Source of the DNA: Mobula hypostoma
Lineage: Eukaryota
Assembly (NCBI RefSeq): GCF_963921235.1
Contig: NC_086108.1
Coordinates: 105,030,001-105,094,000 of the forward strand
Reading direction: 5' to 3'
DNA: 64,000 bases
Shown: positions 1-14,460 of the stretch, piece by piece
How the letters are laid out: every line of letters begins with the position of its first letter
Position numbering within the stretch: the first letter of the stretch is position 1
Position numbers and translations under genes: made by a program
Notes under the pieces: model-generated
Database searches by the model: none
Told to the model about the DNA's origin: nothing
The model's input: the letters and a program-made list of their open reading frames with translations, nothing else

Positions 1-653
1 GTAAACAGTTGGCGTTTCGGGCCAAGACCCTTTCAGGATCTGCTGAGAAGCTGCCTGAGCCGCTGAGATCCTGTGCCATTTCCTGTGTGTTGCTTCACTA
101 CACTCAAAAGTAATCTATTGTCTGCAAAGCACTTAAGTATGTGCTTAAGATTACTGACTATTTAAATACATCATCTTTTTTAAGTGGTTATGCTTATTAT
201 CATCACAGATGTGCAAACGCAGGAAATGAAAGCTATGAAAGCTAGCTTCATGAAACCGTAGCCAAGTACAAGGTGACCCAAAACATAAGTTAAACATCAA
301 CTTATATTAACAAAAATTAAAAATGACTGATGTGTGCAGAATTAACAACAAAATAAGCATAACAATGTTAATGGAATATTGAAAGAGAAGGAAAGAATAG
401 TCCAAAATAGTGGAGCTTTTCAAATTGGAATCTTGAGGTGTGGATCTTCAGGGTCCCGTACCTCTTGCCTGATGGCAGCATCGATTCCTGGATGGTATGG
501 ATTCTGCCTTCCTGAGACACTACGTGTTCAAGATGTCCTTTAATAGATGGAAGATCTGTAACCTTGATGGAACTCTCTGAGTCTTCCATTCTCTATAGAA
601 CCTTGTGTTCTTGTGCATTGGAGTTTATTGTCCCTTTAGCTCTGCTGCACATA

Positions 654-2375
654 CAGTCAGTGATCACCTTATTAAGTACCTCCTATTAGAAGACCATTAG
701 ACCATAAGATATAGGATAAGAATTAAGCCATTTGGCCCTTTGAGTCTGCTCCACCATTTCATTATGGCTGTTCCAATTTTCCTCTCAGCCCCAGTCTCCT
801 GCCTTCCCCCTATATCCCCTCATGCCCTGACCAATCAAGAATCTATCAACCTCTGTCTTAAATATGTATAAAGACAGCTTCCAAAGCTGTCTGCGGCAAA
901 AAAGTTCTACAGATTTACCACTCTCTGGCTAAAGAAATTCCTCCTCATCTCTATTCAAAAAGGACACCCCTCTATTTTAAGGCTGTGTCCCCTGCTCTTA
1001 GACACTCGCACCATAGGAAATCATAGGAAATATCCTCTCCACATCCACTCTATCAAGGCCTTTCACCATTTGATAAGTTTCAATGAGGTCACCCCAAATT
1101 CTTCTGAATTCCAGTGAATACAGACCCAGAGCCACCAAACGCTCTTCATATGACCAACCTTTCAATCCTGAAATTATTTTTCTGATCCTCCTTTGAACCC
1201 TGTCCAATTTCAGCACATCCTTTCTAAGATAAGGAGCCCAAACCTGCTCGCAATACTCCGTGATGCCTTACCAGTGCTTTATACATTATACTTGCCAATC
1301 TGCAACTGTGCTGAAAGTTCATCTACCCTATTCTGTATACTGCACACATTCAGTTACACCACTTTCAGTCCTGTGTTTACCCTTTTCGATTTTGTCCACC
1401 TTTTACGTTACAAATCATCCTGTTGACTGTAGTTTTGTCCTATCAACAGTATCTCTTCACTACTCATTGCTTCTGTTTGGTAACCAGTTACCTGATCTTC
1501 AGAACTATTGTCTGCCTTTCCTACTTTGTCTGAGGTCTGACCAATATCTGCCTCCACAGCCTCTCCACTAACTGTTCTGGCACTCTGGTTCCCATCCTCC
1601 TGCAACTCTAGTTTAAACCCACCGTGCAGTATTAGCAAACCATCCTGCCAGGAAATTAGTGCCCTTCCAGTTCAGGTGCAAACTGTCCCTAATAAAGTGG
1701 CCAGTGATTGTTTGTTAGTGGTGTTTCAAATCTCTTACTAGCTCTTCTTTCAGTTAGACCTGACGAAGGGTCTCGGCCCAAAACGTCGACTGTACCTCTT
1801 CCTAGAGATGTTGCCTGGCCTGCTGCGTTCACCAGCAACTTTTTATGTGTGTTGCTTGAAATTCCAGCATCTTCAGATTTCCTCGTGTTTGTTCGTGGTC
1901 TTCTGTTGCTGTACCCCATCCGCTTCAAGATTCACATGTTGTCTGTTCAGAGATGCTCCTTGTAACACACGGTTATTTGAGTTATTGTCGCCTGCCTGTC
2001 AGTTTGAACTGGTCTGGCCATGCTCTTTTAATCTTTCTCATTAACAAGGCATTTTTGCCTGCTGACGTGCCACTCACTGGATTTTTTTTTAACCTTTGCA
2101 CCATTCTTTGTATATTCTAGAGCATGCTGGGTGTGAAAATCCCAAGAGATCAGCAGTTTCTGAGAGCTGAAAGAACCTGTTTGGCAGCAACATGTATTCT
2201 ATGGTCAAAGTCACTTAGATCACATTTCTTCCCTATTCTGATGTTTGGGCTGAACAACAATTGAACCTCTTGACCAATTCTGCATGCTTTTTTTTTACGT
2301 TGAGTTGCTGACTGATTATACATTTGCATTATTGAGCAGGTGTAAAGGTGTACCTAATAAAGTGGCCACTGAGCG
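654..2375 (-). mobile_element. Non-autonomous Tc1-like element with nested CR1 and Penelope insertions
   Basis: TA-flanked TIRs (cagtcagtgatcaccttattaagtac ... tacctaataaagtggccactgagcg). Internal sequence is homologous to 8660-9523. Confidence 0.7.
692..1290 (-). mobile_element. CR1 LINE 3' fragment
   Basis: RVQRR..SYEERL..LGLYSLEFRR..GDLIETY ORF2 tail and gaccat(a)a 3' repeats. Confidence 0.85.
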
Positions 2376-3875
2376 TATATCCTGACTAATTTCACTGCTC
2401 TCGAGATTTATTAGCTTTCCCAATAAAACTTCCTATTTTAAAACTCCAGTGAACATTTATATCCTGTAAGGGATAGATGGTTTATGTGATTACATAGTGC
2501 ACTGAAAGAATGAACGGGAATGTATACTTTTATTTGAACTTTCTCATCATATGCAGATTGCAAAATAATAAACATTAATAACATTCCACCATCAAATAAT
2601 CTGCTTTAAACTCTAGAACCATTGAAATGTGTAGATAAATCCCCAAATGCCCAAGATGCTCAGTAGAAACATTTTTGTTGAAATGCAAGGCTCATTTGAG
2701 GGCACTGCTAAAAAAAGATCACTTGCTTGCAGATTATGAATTACAATTTTATTTGTTTTCAACAGATTTTAGACAGTGCCATAAACAATGCATTCATTAT
2801 TATTGTAAAAAAATAACTGTTAACACTTCTGTGATACCCAAGGCATATTAGCTGACGGATAATTTAATAGATTATCTCTCACCCCATTTGTGTGGAACTT
2901 TTAATCATTAGTTTTGGCAACATAATCAAAATGGGCATAAATTATAATGTAATAATAAATTGCAGGCAAATCAAACATCCTTTCTGCTGTCAGGTGTGAG
3001 CATGACTACAGTACATAATTCTGCTCTAGCCCACTTTGGCAATATTGCCATTGGGAAGGTGGGACAGGAACCTCTGGTCCCACACTGCCAGGTTCAGGAA
3101 CAGTTATTACCTCCAACCATCAGGCTCCCATGATTTCCCTTTCAATTACGCTACAACACATGTTCTGAACGTTATCTATTTATTACTATTGTTGTATCTT
3201 TTTTTTTCCCTCAGCTCAGGCTGAGGTATCAGCATAGCCAAGTGCGCTGATTCTCAGTTGCTAGGAACCTTCGGACTATACTAGTGGTGTTTAGTGTTGT
3301 AGCTTTCTGGAGATTTACATAAATGTTGCTGCATAGGCCTAATTGTTTAATGCTATTTTATAGTGCCTTTGGGATGATGCCAGTTGTAGATATTACTGTC
3401 AGGACAATGTATACACTGTTCATGTTCCATAGTCTTTCAAATTCTTCTTTTAGTTCAGCATATTTCTGGTGTTTTTCACTTATTTATTTCTGTGTTTTAT
3501 GTGTGTTTGGAATTATTATCATTATCTTATTTGTTTTTTTTCACTTTCAAAGACTTCATCTCATGTTCTCAATTTTGATTGCTTACTTATTTATTATTTT
3601 TATTATTATTATAAATTATTTTTCCTTTCTTTTTGTATTTGCAGTTTGTAGTCTTTCACACATGAGTTGTCTGCCCTTCCGGTGCGGTATTCATTGATTC
3701 CATTATGGTTACTGGAATTTTTTGAGTATGTCTGCAAGAAAATTAATCTTCTCAGGGTCCTATATGGTGACATATATGTACTTTGTTCATAAATTTACTT
3801 TGAACTTTTAGCTTTTTGTAATTTCACAGATTGTCTTATACATATTCAGAATCAGGTTTAATATCATAGGCATAT

Positions 3876-4295
3876 GACCATAAGACGATAAGACAAAGGA
3901 GCAGAAGTCGGCCATTTGGCCCATCGAGTCTGCTCCGCCATTTTATCATGAGCTGATCCATTCTCCCGTTTAGTCCCACTCCCCCGCCTTCTCACCATAA
4001 CCTTTGATGCCCTGGCTACTCAGATACCTATCAATCTCTGCCTTAAATACACCCAATGACTTGGCCTCCACTGCTGCCCGTGGCAACAAATTCCATAGAT
4101 TCACCACCCTCTGGCTAAAAAAATTTCTTCGCATCTCTGTTCTGAATGGGCGCCCTTCAATCCTTAAGTCATGCCCTCTCGTACTAGACTCCCGCATCAT
4201 GGGAAACAACTTTGCCACATCCACTCTGTCCATGCCTTTCAATATTCAAAATGTTTCTATGAGGTCCCCCCTCATTCTTCTAAACTCCAAGGAAT
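3876..4295 (-). mobile_element. Young CR1 LINE 3' fragment
   Basis: Near-identical to 25482-25900, encoding RRNFFSQRVVNLWN. Confidence 0.9.
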
Positions 4296-7069
4296 ATGTC
4301 GTGAAATGAGTTGCTTTGTAGCAGTAGTACAGTGCAATACATTTTTTAAAAATCTATAAATTACAGTAAGAAATATACATATTCATTTATATATATATAT
4401 ATATATATTATATCTATATTCATCTATCTTTATATAATAAAAAAGAGAAAAAAAGAAATAATGAGTTTATGCTCATTATCCATTCAGAAATCTGATGCTA
4501 GAAGGGAAGAAACTGTTCCTAAAATGTTGAGTGTGTGTCTTTAGGCTCCTTTACTTCCTCTTTGATGATAGCAATGAGAAGTAGGCGATGGGAGATGGAA
4601 GTACTTAATGACTGATGTCGCCTTCTCGAGGTATCACCTTTTGAAGATAACCTCGATTCTGTGGAGGTTAGTGCCCATGGGGAGCTGGCTGAATTTGCAA
4701 CTTTCCGCAGTTTTTTCTGATCCTGCGCAGTTGCCCCTCATTACCAGACAGTGATGTAACCAGACAGAATGTTCTCCACAGTACTTCTGTAGAGACTTGC
4801 TAAAATCTTTGGTAACATAATCAAATTCCTAATGAAATACAGCCTTCCTTGTAATCCCCTCAATTTATTGGTCCCAAAAGCTTGACATTCATATCATCCT
4901 GCTGTGGCTTGCATATCATGTAGGCATCTGGATTGCAGCATCCATGGTCTGCCCCAACCAACTGAGCACCTCAAGGCCTCAAGATGTTGGGCCCAGGAAA
5001 GATCTTTAAAGATGTTGACACCCAGGACCATTGATTGTTTGTCCTTCTTTATTTGTTTATGTGCTGTTTTTCGTTGATCCTATTGTGTTTCTTTGTATCT
5101 ACTATGAATGCCCACAAGGACAATAAATTTATTTTGAACTTTGAACTTGAAGAGTTAATATACACAAAGGACCATTCATGCATCAGGCTTGGTGCATTGG
5201 CCAACTCTGGCATCTTGTTTGACAATGGTTCTTTCAAAAAAATTCTCATTCTTGTTTCCAGTTTCCTCCATGTTTTGCTTCTCCATATCTCTGCAACCTT
5301 ACTTCAACTTCAGAACCACTTGAGAGTCGCTGTGTTTCTTGACTGCTATTCTCTTGCACGTCGCCAAACAGACCATGCCATCTTCTCACTGCTGCAATTG
5401 GGCAGGATGTACAGAAGCCTGAAGTCTCACACCACCAGGTTCAGGAACGTCTTTACCGCGACCATCAGGTTCTTGCGTTTAAGAGCCCTGAGGTAATGTT
5501 GCAGCTCTATCAAACTCCAGTTAGACCACACTTGGAATATTGCGTTCTGTTCTGGTTGCATCATTTTAGGAAGGATGTGATAGCTTGACTGATGATGCAG
5601 AGGGTACTTACCAGGTTGTGAATTAGAGAACATGTCTCATGAGGATAGGCTGAGCCAGCTAGGACCTTTCTCTTTGCAATGAAGGAGGATGAGAGGGGAC
5701 TTGATGGAGAAGTCTACAAGATGAAAAGAGGCATAGGTTGAATAGACAACCAGTGCCTTTTTCCAGTGGTTTTTACTCTCCACGCCTCGTGATGCATCGG
5801 GCAGCAACTTTGCCGTTTCATTAGTATTTTTCTCTGTTTTTACGAGGCCAAGTTGCCAGCTCGATGTTTAACCCAGCACGGATGGAAAGTGCACAAAGAG
5901 CTGGCCGGGTTCAGACTTGGGACCATTCACCTCGAAACCCGGTGCAAATGCCACTGCACCACTGGCTGCCTTTTCTTTCGCTACTGTGACAATGTTAATA
6001 TCAGAGGGCATCATTTTAAGGTTAATTGAGTTAGTTTTAGGTAGGGTTTTTTTTTACACAAAGAGTGGTGGGTGCTTAGAAAGCATTGCCAGGGATGGTG
6101 CTAATGGCTGATATGTTCGGGACATTTAAGAGACTCTCAGATAGGCACATGGATGAAAGAAAAATGGAATGTTATGGGCTGTGAAGGAGAGCAGAGTTAC
6201 AGTGGATTAATTACAGAGTAGGCTTATATAGGTTGGCACGTTATGTTGGCCCGAATGACCCATACTGGTCTGTATTGTGCCGTACTGATCTATGTTCTAT
6301 GTAGTGTGTTCTATGTGCTATATTCTATGTTCTAAGTTCTATGATCTATGTTCTATTATTAGTACTTTATGCTTGAACTGACTTGCAAAATCTTAATATA
6401 TTCTCAAAAACCGGACATTACTGACCTCTTTTTCACTACCATGGACTTAGAGCAGGTGTCCCAACCTGAGATTCACGGACCCCTCAGTTAGTGGTAAGGG
6501 GTCCGTGGCATAAAAAAAGTTAGGAACCACTGACTTGGAATCATAGAGTACTACAGCACAGAAACAAGCCCTTCATCCCAACTAGTCTGTGTGGAACTAT
6601 TACTCTACCTAGTCCTATCGATCCACAGCTGGACCATACCCCTCCCATCCATGTAGCTATCCAAATTTCTCTTAAATATAGGGTTATCGGGTACTTGTTT
6701 CTAACTGCATTTATCTGTAGTTTTGCATGGTCTTTTTGTTTGCTATATTGTATAATTTATGTACAACAATTTTTGTTTGAATATGATGCTGAGATGCTGC
6801 TGCAAACAAGCTCATACTGTAATGGTACCCATACCTCACCATGCTTGAGTGTTGTTCAAGATTTCCAACATCTGCAGAATCTCGTCTCTGTGCAGTTCTA
6901 TAAAGGACTGGGGTGACTGCTGTACTAGGAACTGGCATAAATTCAGTGGGCTGAATGGCCTTGTAGTGTCATAACAATTCTGTGACTCCATAAACTGAGT
7001 GCTTCTTTGCTGCTCGTCTGGAACCAATGAACCCATGACATGAATCGAGCTCCTTCAGTCCACACCCTC

Positions 7070-7870
7070 TTGAGATTCTGCAGGTGCTGGAAATCCAGGC
7101 AGCATCTATGGAGGGGAAAGAACAGTTGATATTTTGGACTGAGACCCTTCATCAGGACTGGAAGTAGCTAGAATAAGAAGATTGGAAGGAGTTCAAGCTG
7201 GATAGCGAATGAAGAGGGGGTGGAGTGAAGTGAGAAGCTGGGAGGTGATCGGTAGAAAAGTTAAAGGGCTGAAGAAGAAAGGATCTGATAGGAGAAGAGA
7301 ATGGACCATGGGAGAAAGGCAAGGAGGAGGTGTACCAACAGTGGGTGATAGGCAGATGAGGAGAAGAGAAGGGGTAAGATGGGAGCCAGAGTGGGGCATG
7401 GAAAAAAGAGAGAAGGGGAGAGGGATAGAAACTACTGGAAGTTTGATGAATTGATGTTCATGCTGTCAGGTTAGAGACTACTCAGATGGAATACAACATG
7501 TTGCTCCTCCAAACTGAGAGAGGCCTCGTCGTAGCAGTAGAGGAAGCAATGAAATGACATGTCAGAATGGGAATGGGAGGTAGAATTAAAATGTGTGGCC
7601 CCTGGGAAATCCTGGCTTTTGCAGCAGGTGGAGTGAAAGGGCTCGACAAAGTGATTTCCCCTCACTCCCCCCAATCTGCATTGGGTCTCACCGATGTAGA
7701 GGATGTCACGCGAGGAGCACTGGACCCAACAGACTCACGTGAAGTGTCACCTCACCAGGAAGGATTGTTTGGGGCCCTGAAGTGGTGAGGGAGGAGGCGT
7801 AGGGGCAGGTGGAGCACTTGTTACACTTGCAGGGGTATGTCCAAGGAAGAGATTCACTGGGGAAGGACCC
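7070..7870 (-). mobile_element. Penelope-like element fragment (3' ORF end plus terminal repeat)
   Basis: Homologous to 51225-52130. Carries the HFNS..HSHSD and EEQH motifs and a hammerhead-bearing repeat. Confidence 0.7.
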
Positions 7871-8659
7871 TCCCGATTAGGCTGCTTGTAGCATCTTACT
7901 TTGCACAAAATGGCAGCTTCATTTCCCTACTTAGCCCACCGCTACTAAATTCGAGAAGCTTCTCACTGTGAGCGAGCAACTTTGGAAGGACTTGGAGATG
8001 TCATTATATAAACATGAAGTGAATTCTTTCCTTACCAGGCCCTGTAGTTATACTGTTCTTCCATTAGGAAAGCCTTCGGGATTTAACACATGTTGCATTG
8101 TGAGGCAGACGTGCCAGAGGTTCACCAGTTGAACTTATTCTTATGAAGCTTCTTTAAAGACCCAAATCCCAGGGGTAATTAAGTTTTGAATTTCTTGCCG
8201 TATATCTATTAAAATGACATACATTACAAGTTACACTAATTTCTAGATTCCGTAAAGTTCCTAATATTTGAAGTTCTGCAATCATCCTTAATTGTTATAA
8301 ACAAACATTAACAACTGAGGGATTGATAGGCAATGGGTTTCGGAGCTTTCACACCATGAGATATGCAAATTCTGCTGTTTTAATAGTTCTGCTGCTGTAA
8401 TAAGTTTGTTGGGCTGGAATTGAGTTATATTGCTTTATGCAAATATATGCTGATTAAATCGGATTTCTCCAGGAAAGAAAATGGGTGCAAAATGCTAAGA
8501 GCAGGACATCGTACAGAGACGGTGTTCAGAGGATGACTGAGGGCTGATTTGCATTCAGTTCCCTGCCTGCCGCTGTCCTACATTGGACAGAATGATTACC
8601 GAAGTAGAAAGAGATCAAAATCTTCAGCAACTCAAGCAACAAATAAGCACAGAGAATTA

Positions 8660-9523
8660 CACCCAGTAGCCACTTTATTAGGAACTTCCTGTACCTAATA
8701 AAGTGGCCACCGAGTGTATGTTCATAGTTTACGCTGCTGTAGCCCATCCATTTCAAGGTTCAGAGATGCTCTTCTGCACACCACTGTTGTAACATATGGT
8801 TATTTGAGTTACTGTCACCTTTCTGTCAGCTTGAACCAGTGTGGCCATTCTCCTTTGACCTCTCTCATTAACAAGGCATTTCCGCCCACATTGCTGCTCA
8901 TTAGATTTTTTTTGTTTATCGCACCATTCACTGTAAACTCTAGAGACTGTTGTGAATGAAAATCCCAGCAGATCAGCAGCTTCTGAGATACTCAAACCAC
9001 CCCGTCTGACACCAACTATCATTCCATGGTCAAAGTCACTTAGATCACATTTCTTCCCCACTCTTATAGTACATAGAACATAGAATAATACAGTACAGTA
9101 CAGGCCCTTCAGCCCACAATGTTGTGCCGACCCTTAAATCTTGCCTCCCATATAACCCCCCACCTTAAATTCCTCCGTATACTTGTCTAGTAGTCGCTTA
9201 AACTTCACTAGTGTATCTGCCTCCACCAGTGACTCAGGCAGTGCATTCCACGCACCAACCACTCTCTGAGTATAAAACCTTCCTCTAATATCCCCCTTGA
9301 ACTTCCCACCCCTTACCTTAAAGCCATGTCCTCTTGTACTTAGCAGTGGTGCCCTGGGGAAGAGGCACTGGCTGTCCACTCTTATGTTTACTCTGAACCT
9401 CTTTGCCATGTCTGCATGCTTTTGTACGTTGAGTTGCTGCCACACGGTTGTCAGATTAGATATTTACAATAATGAACAGGTGTACAGGTGTACAGGTGTA
9501 CCTAATAAATTGGTCACTGAGTA
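8660..9523 (-). mobile_element. Non-autonomous Tc1-like element with a nested CR1 tail
   Basis: Inverted ends ..ccactttattagg / cctaataaattggtcactgag. Encodes MGKKCDLSDFDHGMIVGVRRGGLSISEAADLLGFS (Tc1 HTH N-terminus). Confidence 0.85.
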
Positions 9524-12500
9524 TATGCCATATGAGTCTCCATTAGCTATATGCAAACTTTCACAAACTAATGTTTGTTGGCCTTTATTGTTTGTTTATT
9601 AAACGTGAACTATTTTGTTCGCATCTGGAAGACCTTGCATATCTATCTATCTATATATATACCTGTCCATATATATAGTCTGTCCTTGAACTGTGGGAGG
9701 AAACTGAAGCACCAGGAGGAAATCCATGTGGTCATGGGGAGAATTTAGCAACTTCTTACAAACAGTGGCAGGAATTGAGCCTTTATTATCTGTATGGAAG
9801 AGTATTGCAAATGAGTTAAGTATGGAACAATCTAGACATAAACAAACTAGACATGATGCTGAGATGCAACACAGAGCGTTATAGGAAGTCATTCCTGCCT
9901 GTGGCCATCAAACTTTACAACTCCTCCCTTGGAGGGTCAGACACCCTGAGCCAATAGGCTGGTCCTGGACTTATTTCCTGGCATAATTTCCATATTACTA
10001 TTTAACTATTTATGGTTTTATTACTATTTAATGATTTATGGTGCAACTGTAACGAAAACCAATTTCCCCCAGGATCAATAAAGTATGACTATGACTATAT
10101 GAAGGCACAAAGGTTCAAAGGTCAAAGTGCATTTATTATCAAAGTACATAGTCACCATATACAGCCTTGAGGTTCATTTTCTTGCTGGAGTACTCAATAA
10201 ATCCAGAATAGAATAATAACATAACAGAATCACTGCAAGACTGCAGCAACTTAGGCATTCAACCGGTGAGCAAAAGACACAAACTGTGCAAATATAAAAA
10301 AAGAAAGAAATGGTAAGAAGAATAAAAAAGAAGCAATAAATATCAAGAACATGAGATAAAGATTCCTTGAAATTGAGTCCATAGGGTGTGGGAACATTTT
10401 AATGATGGGGCTGGTGAGGTTGAGTGAAGTTATCCCTTTTGATTCAAGAGCCTGATGGTTGAGCCAGCAGGCTTTTGAACCAAAGATGATAATTACAGCT
10501 CTGTAATACTCTGATTCGACCACACTCGAAGTACTGTGTTCAAGTACTGTGTACTACAGTCCTGACGAAGGAGTTCAGCCCAAAACATTGACTGTACTTT
10601 TTTCCACAGATGCTGCCTGTCCTGCTGAGTTCCTCCAGCATTTTGCGTGTGTTACTGTGTTCAGTTCTGGTCACCATAATTTCGGAAGGATGTGAAAGCT
10701 TTAGAGAGGGTGCAGGTGCAATTTATCAGGATCCTACCTTGACTGGAGAGCATGTCTTATGAGAAAAGTTTGAGCAAGCTAGGGCTTTTCTCTTTCGAGT
10801 GAAGGGCAATGAGTGATGACTTGATAGAGAAGTACAAATTGATAAGAGTCATAGTGGCTAGCCAGAGCATTTTCCCAGAAATAGCTAATACAAGGTAGTA
10901 TAGTGGTTAGTGCAATTGCTTTACAAAGCCAGTAATCACCAATCAGTGTTTGGTTGCCGCTGCTGTTTGTAAGGAGTTTGTATATTCTCCCTATTACTAT
11001 GTGGGTTTCCTCTGGGTGCTCCGGTTTCCTCCTACATTCCAAAGATGTATGGTAAGCACAAGTGCATGCTATGTTAGCATGTGATACCATGTTGGCTCTG
11101 GAAGCCTGGTAATTCTTGTGGGCTGCCCCCAACACAATCCTCGCTAGGATAAGGCCAACAAGGCCATTTATTAAAACTCACTAAGTGAATGCTAATGCCA
11201 ACACTGCACCCAAATACTAAATGAATCCCACTCTTTTTCAATGTCTGTCAAAACCATAGTCTTCTTTCCTGGGCAAGGACATGGGTAAGCAGGGAGTATA
11301 AACGTTGCTGTGCTTTTGGTCAAGTCTCAACAAGACTAGAGCGAAAAGAAGGGAGTTAAATACTACCACAATAAAACAGTAATTAGCTGGAATGAGCACG
11401 ATTGTTGAACCTGTTGTGAAGCCCGCCTGAGCAGGCAAGCAGACTCTGTAGCAGAGTCCGCGATTGAGACAGAAGGTATAAAAGTCACATAGCATGTACT
11501 ACTAAACTCAAGAATAGCTTCTTCCCCACTGTGACAATGCTATTGAATAGACCCCATAACAATGAGATATACTTTTGAGCTCTCAATGTCCCTCATTGTG
11601 ATATTGCACGTATAGTTTGCCTGCATTGCACTTTCTGAGAAGTTGTTACATTTTATTCTGTATTATGTTATTTTATTTTGTACTATCTCAATGCAACGTG
11701 TAATGATTTATATCTATGAACAGTATGCAAGAAAAGCTTTTCACTAGTACATGTGACAATAATAAACCAATTCCAAATGTATAAATTATATTTGATATAT
11801 GTTTTTCTTGTGACTATTGTGTCTCTGATGTTATGTGCCTGTGATGCCGCAGCAAATACATAGCTAAGTTTTTCAAGACACATTTTCATACATGTGCTTG
11901 TGGATATAGAACATGAAACATAGGACACTCCAGCACAGTCCAGGCCCATCGGCCCATTCTGTTGTGCCAGTCTTTTAACCTATTCTATCAATCTAGCCCT
12001 TCCCTCCTTCATAACTCTGCATTTTTCTATCATTCCTGTGCCTATCTAAGAGTCTCTTGTTTATGTATAGATTTTTCATAAATTCTATTGTATAGCAGTA
12101 GCAGTGTGATCACTCGTTGAGTATGACATTCTCCTAATGGGTTGTCCGTTGAACATGTGCCATAAGATATCGGAGCAGAATTAGGCCACTTGACCCATTG
12201 AGCCTGCTCTGCCATTTCATGTGGCTGATCCATCACTCTCTCAGTCCACAAACTCCTGCCTTTGCCCCATAACCCTTTATGCCCTGACTAATCAAGAATA
12301 TATCATCCTCTGCCTTAAATATAAATAAAAAACTTGCCCTCCACAGCCACCTGTGACAACAAATTCCACAGGTTCATTACCCTCTGGCTGAAGACGTTCT
12401 TCCTCATCTCTGCTCTCAATGGATGTGCATCGGTTTTGAGGCTATGTCCTTTGGTCTTAGACTCTCCACCATAGGAAACTTCCTCTCCACATCCACTCTA

Positions 12501-13115
12501 TTGTGTCTTTTCAACATTCCACAGGTTTCAATGAGATCCCCCCTCATTCTTTTGAATTCCAGTGAGCAGAGGCCCAGAGCCATCAAATGCTCCTCATATG
12601 ATAAGCCTTTCTATCTTGGAATCAATTTTGCGAACTTCCTTTGAACCCTCTCCAATGTCAGCACATCCTTTCTTAGATGAGAGGCTCAAAGCTGCTCACA
12701 ATACTCGAAGTGAGGCCTCACCAGTGCCTTATAAAATGCCTTATGTATGATGGGTCTTTTCAAGTGGCTGTAGAGGCCAATCTGGGATCAAAATATTCTG
12801 GTGCAGTGCAAGCAAGAGTAACAACACTTCACCTCCTTCATAAGTCCAACACCATGGACTCTAGGTTCGTTCAGACCTCATGAACCTGCCTCCTTCACCA
12901 CTTGCTTTTCACCAACAGGACTTAATGCAGGATGTCAGCGTGGAATCCCTCAACGGAAAACGCCTGTGCATGACTTTGTTTAAGGTGGGGAGGCTGATGC
13001 AGGTGCTGCCACCGCGTGGTCCTCGCTGATCAGGATCAGGGTCTAGAGGCATGGAATGTAAGATGACTGGGGACACCTCACTTTTGCAGCCTTTCTCCAC
13101 CTTCACTGTATACAG

Positions 13116-13189
13116 AGTGCAATGAAAACCCCATTTCTGGCAGAAGACATGCCATCATCTTCTGCCAGAAATGGGGTTTTCATTGCACT
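13116..13189. repeat. Perfect inverted repeat, 32-bp arms, 10-nt loop
   Basis: agtgcaatgaaaaccccatttctggcagaaga / tcttctgccagaaatggggttttcattgcact. Confidence 0.95.
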
Positions 13190-13639
13190 ATGCATGAATG
13201 TGCTTGTGCATGTGACAATAAACTTGACTTTGAAGATAAGATCTCTGGAGCTCTCGATGCCTCCTCCTCAACATTGGTGAGACCAATTGGGGGACAACTT
13301 CGTTGAACTCCTCTGCCTCCAACCTGATGGTATGAAAATTGATTTCTGCTTCTGGTAAAAAAAAAATTCCATCCCCCCCTCGCCTCTTCTTCTATTCCCC
13401 AATCTGGCCTCTTACCTCTTCTCACCTGCCTATCACCCACACCCCCCCCAATCCTCTCCTCCTTCCCTTTCTCTTATGAGCTGCTCTCCTGTCAGATTCC
13501 CTTCTCTCCAGCCCTTTAAGAAGCTGATTGTTTAAACCTAAGTTTCTCCTTTTAAAAAGTGATAATTCCTTGGAACTCTCTGCCCCAGAAGCTAGTTTAT
13601 TAGAAATATTTAAAGTGAACATAATAATAATAATAATAA

Positions 13640-14460
13640 TAATAATAAATGTTAATCACTTTATTGATCCCGAGTGGGAAATTATTTTGTTACAGCAGCA
13701 ACATTTAAAAACACATTTAGAAGTGTGCAGACTTAACTAATAATAATGTACAAATAATAAAACAGAGACTATTGTACTATGATGTGTGTTTTTCTGCCGC
13801 ACAAAGATGAATTGTTGTCTGTGCTTATTGCGTTTGGTAGGAAAGATTTTCTGTAATGATCCTTGTGACAGTTGAGCTGAATGAGTCTGTTCGAAAGGGT
13901 TCTCCGCTGCCTATTCAGTAGGTCATTGAGAGGATGTGCCTGATTGTCCATAATGGATAACAGTTTAATTAGTGACCTCCTCTCCACCACTAACTCAAAA
14001 GAGTCTGAGTTGTAGGCAAGGACAGTTCCAGCCATTTTGATGAGTTTATTGAGTAATTTTGCATTACTAGCATCGACGCTACTCTCCCAAAGTAAAGCAG
14101 GAAAGACAACTGTACTTGCTACAACAGACTGGTAAAAAAATCTTCAGCATCCTACTGCACACATTGAAGGATCTCAGAAAATGGAGTCTGCTCATCCCCT
14201 TCTTGTAAACAGCCCTGGTGTTGGTTTTCCAGTCAAGTCTGTTGTTGAGGTGAACACCCAAGTATTTGTACTCCTCCACCACCGCAACTTCTTCTCCCTG
14301 AATGTATACAGGACTCATCACCGTCCTCTTCCTCCTAAAATCAATCACCATCTCCCTGGGTTTGGCCACATTCAGGAGCTGGTGATTCCTCCAGCACCAC
14401 TCCACAAACTTGTCCATCAGTCCTCTGTACCCCGACTCCTCTGATACACCCAACCACCGC
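13640..14460 (-). mobile_element. Rex/Babar/L2-type LINE 3' fragment
   Basis: LLNVAKPREMVIDFRR, YKYLGVHL, SRLHFLR motifs. Confidence 0.75.

Noticed and set aside
3323..3697. Hydrophobic membrane-protein-like ORFs (also 5035-5496, 49165-49572, 62801-63246)
   Set aside because: They come from T-rich retroposon 3' UTRs and (tta)/(ttta) microsatellites that recur across the window.
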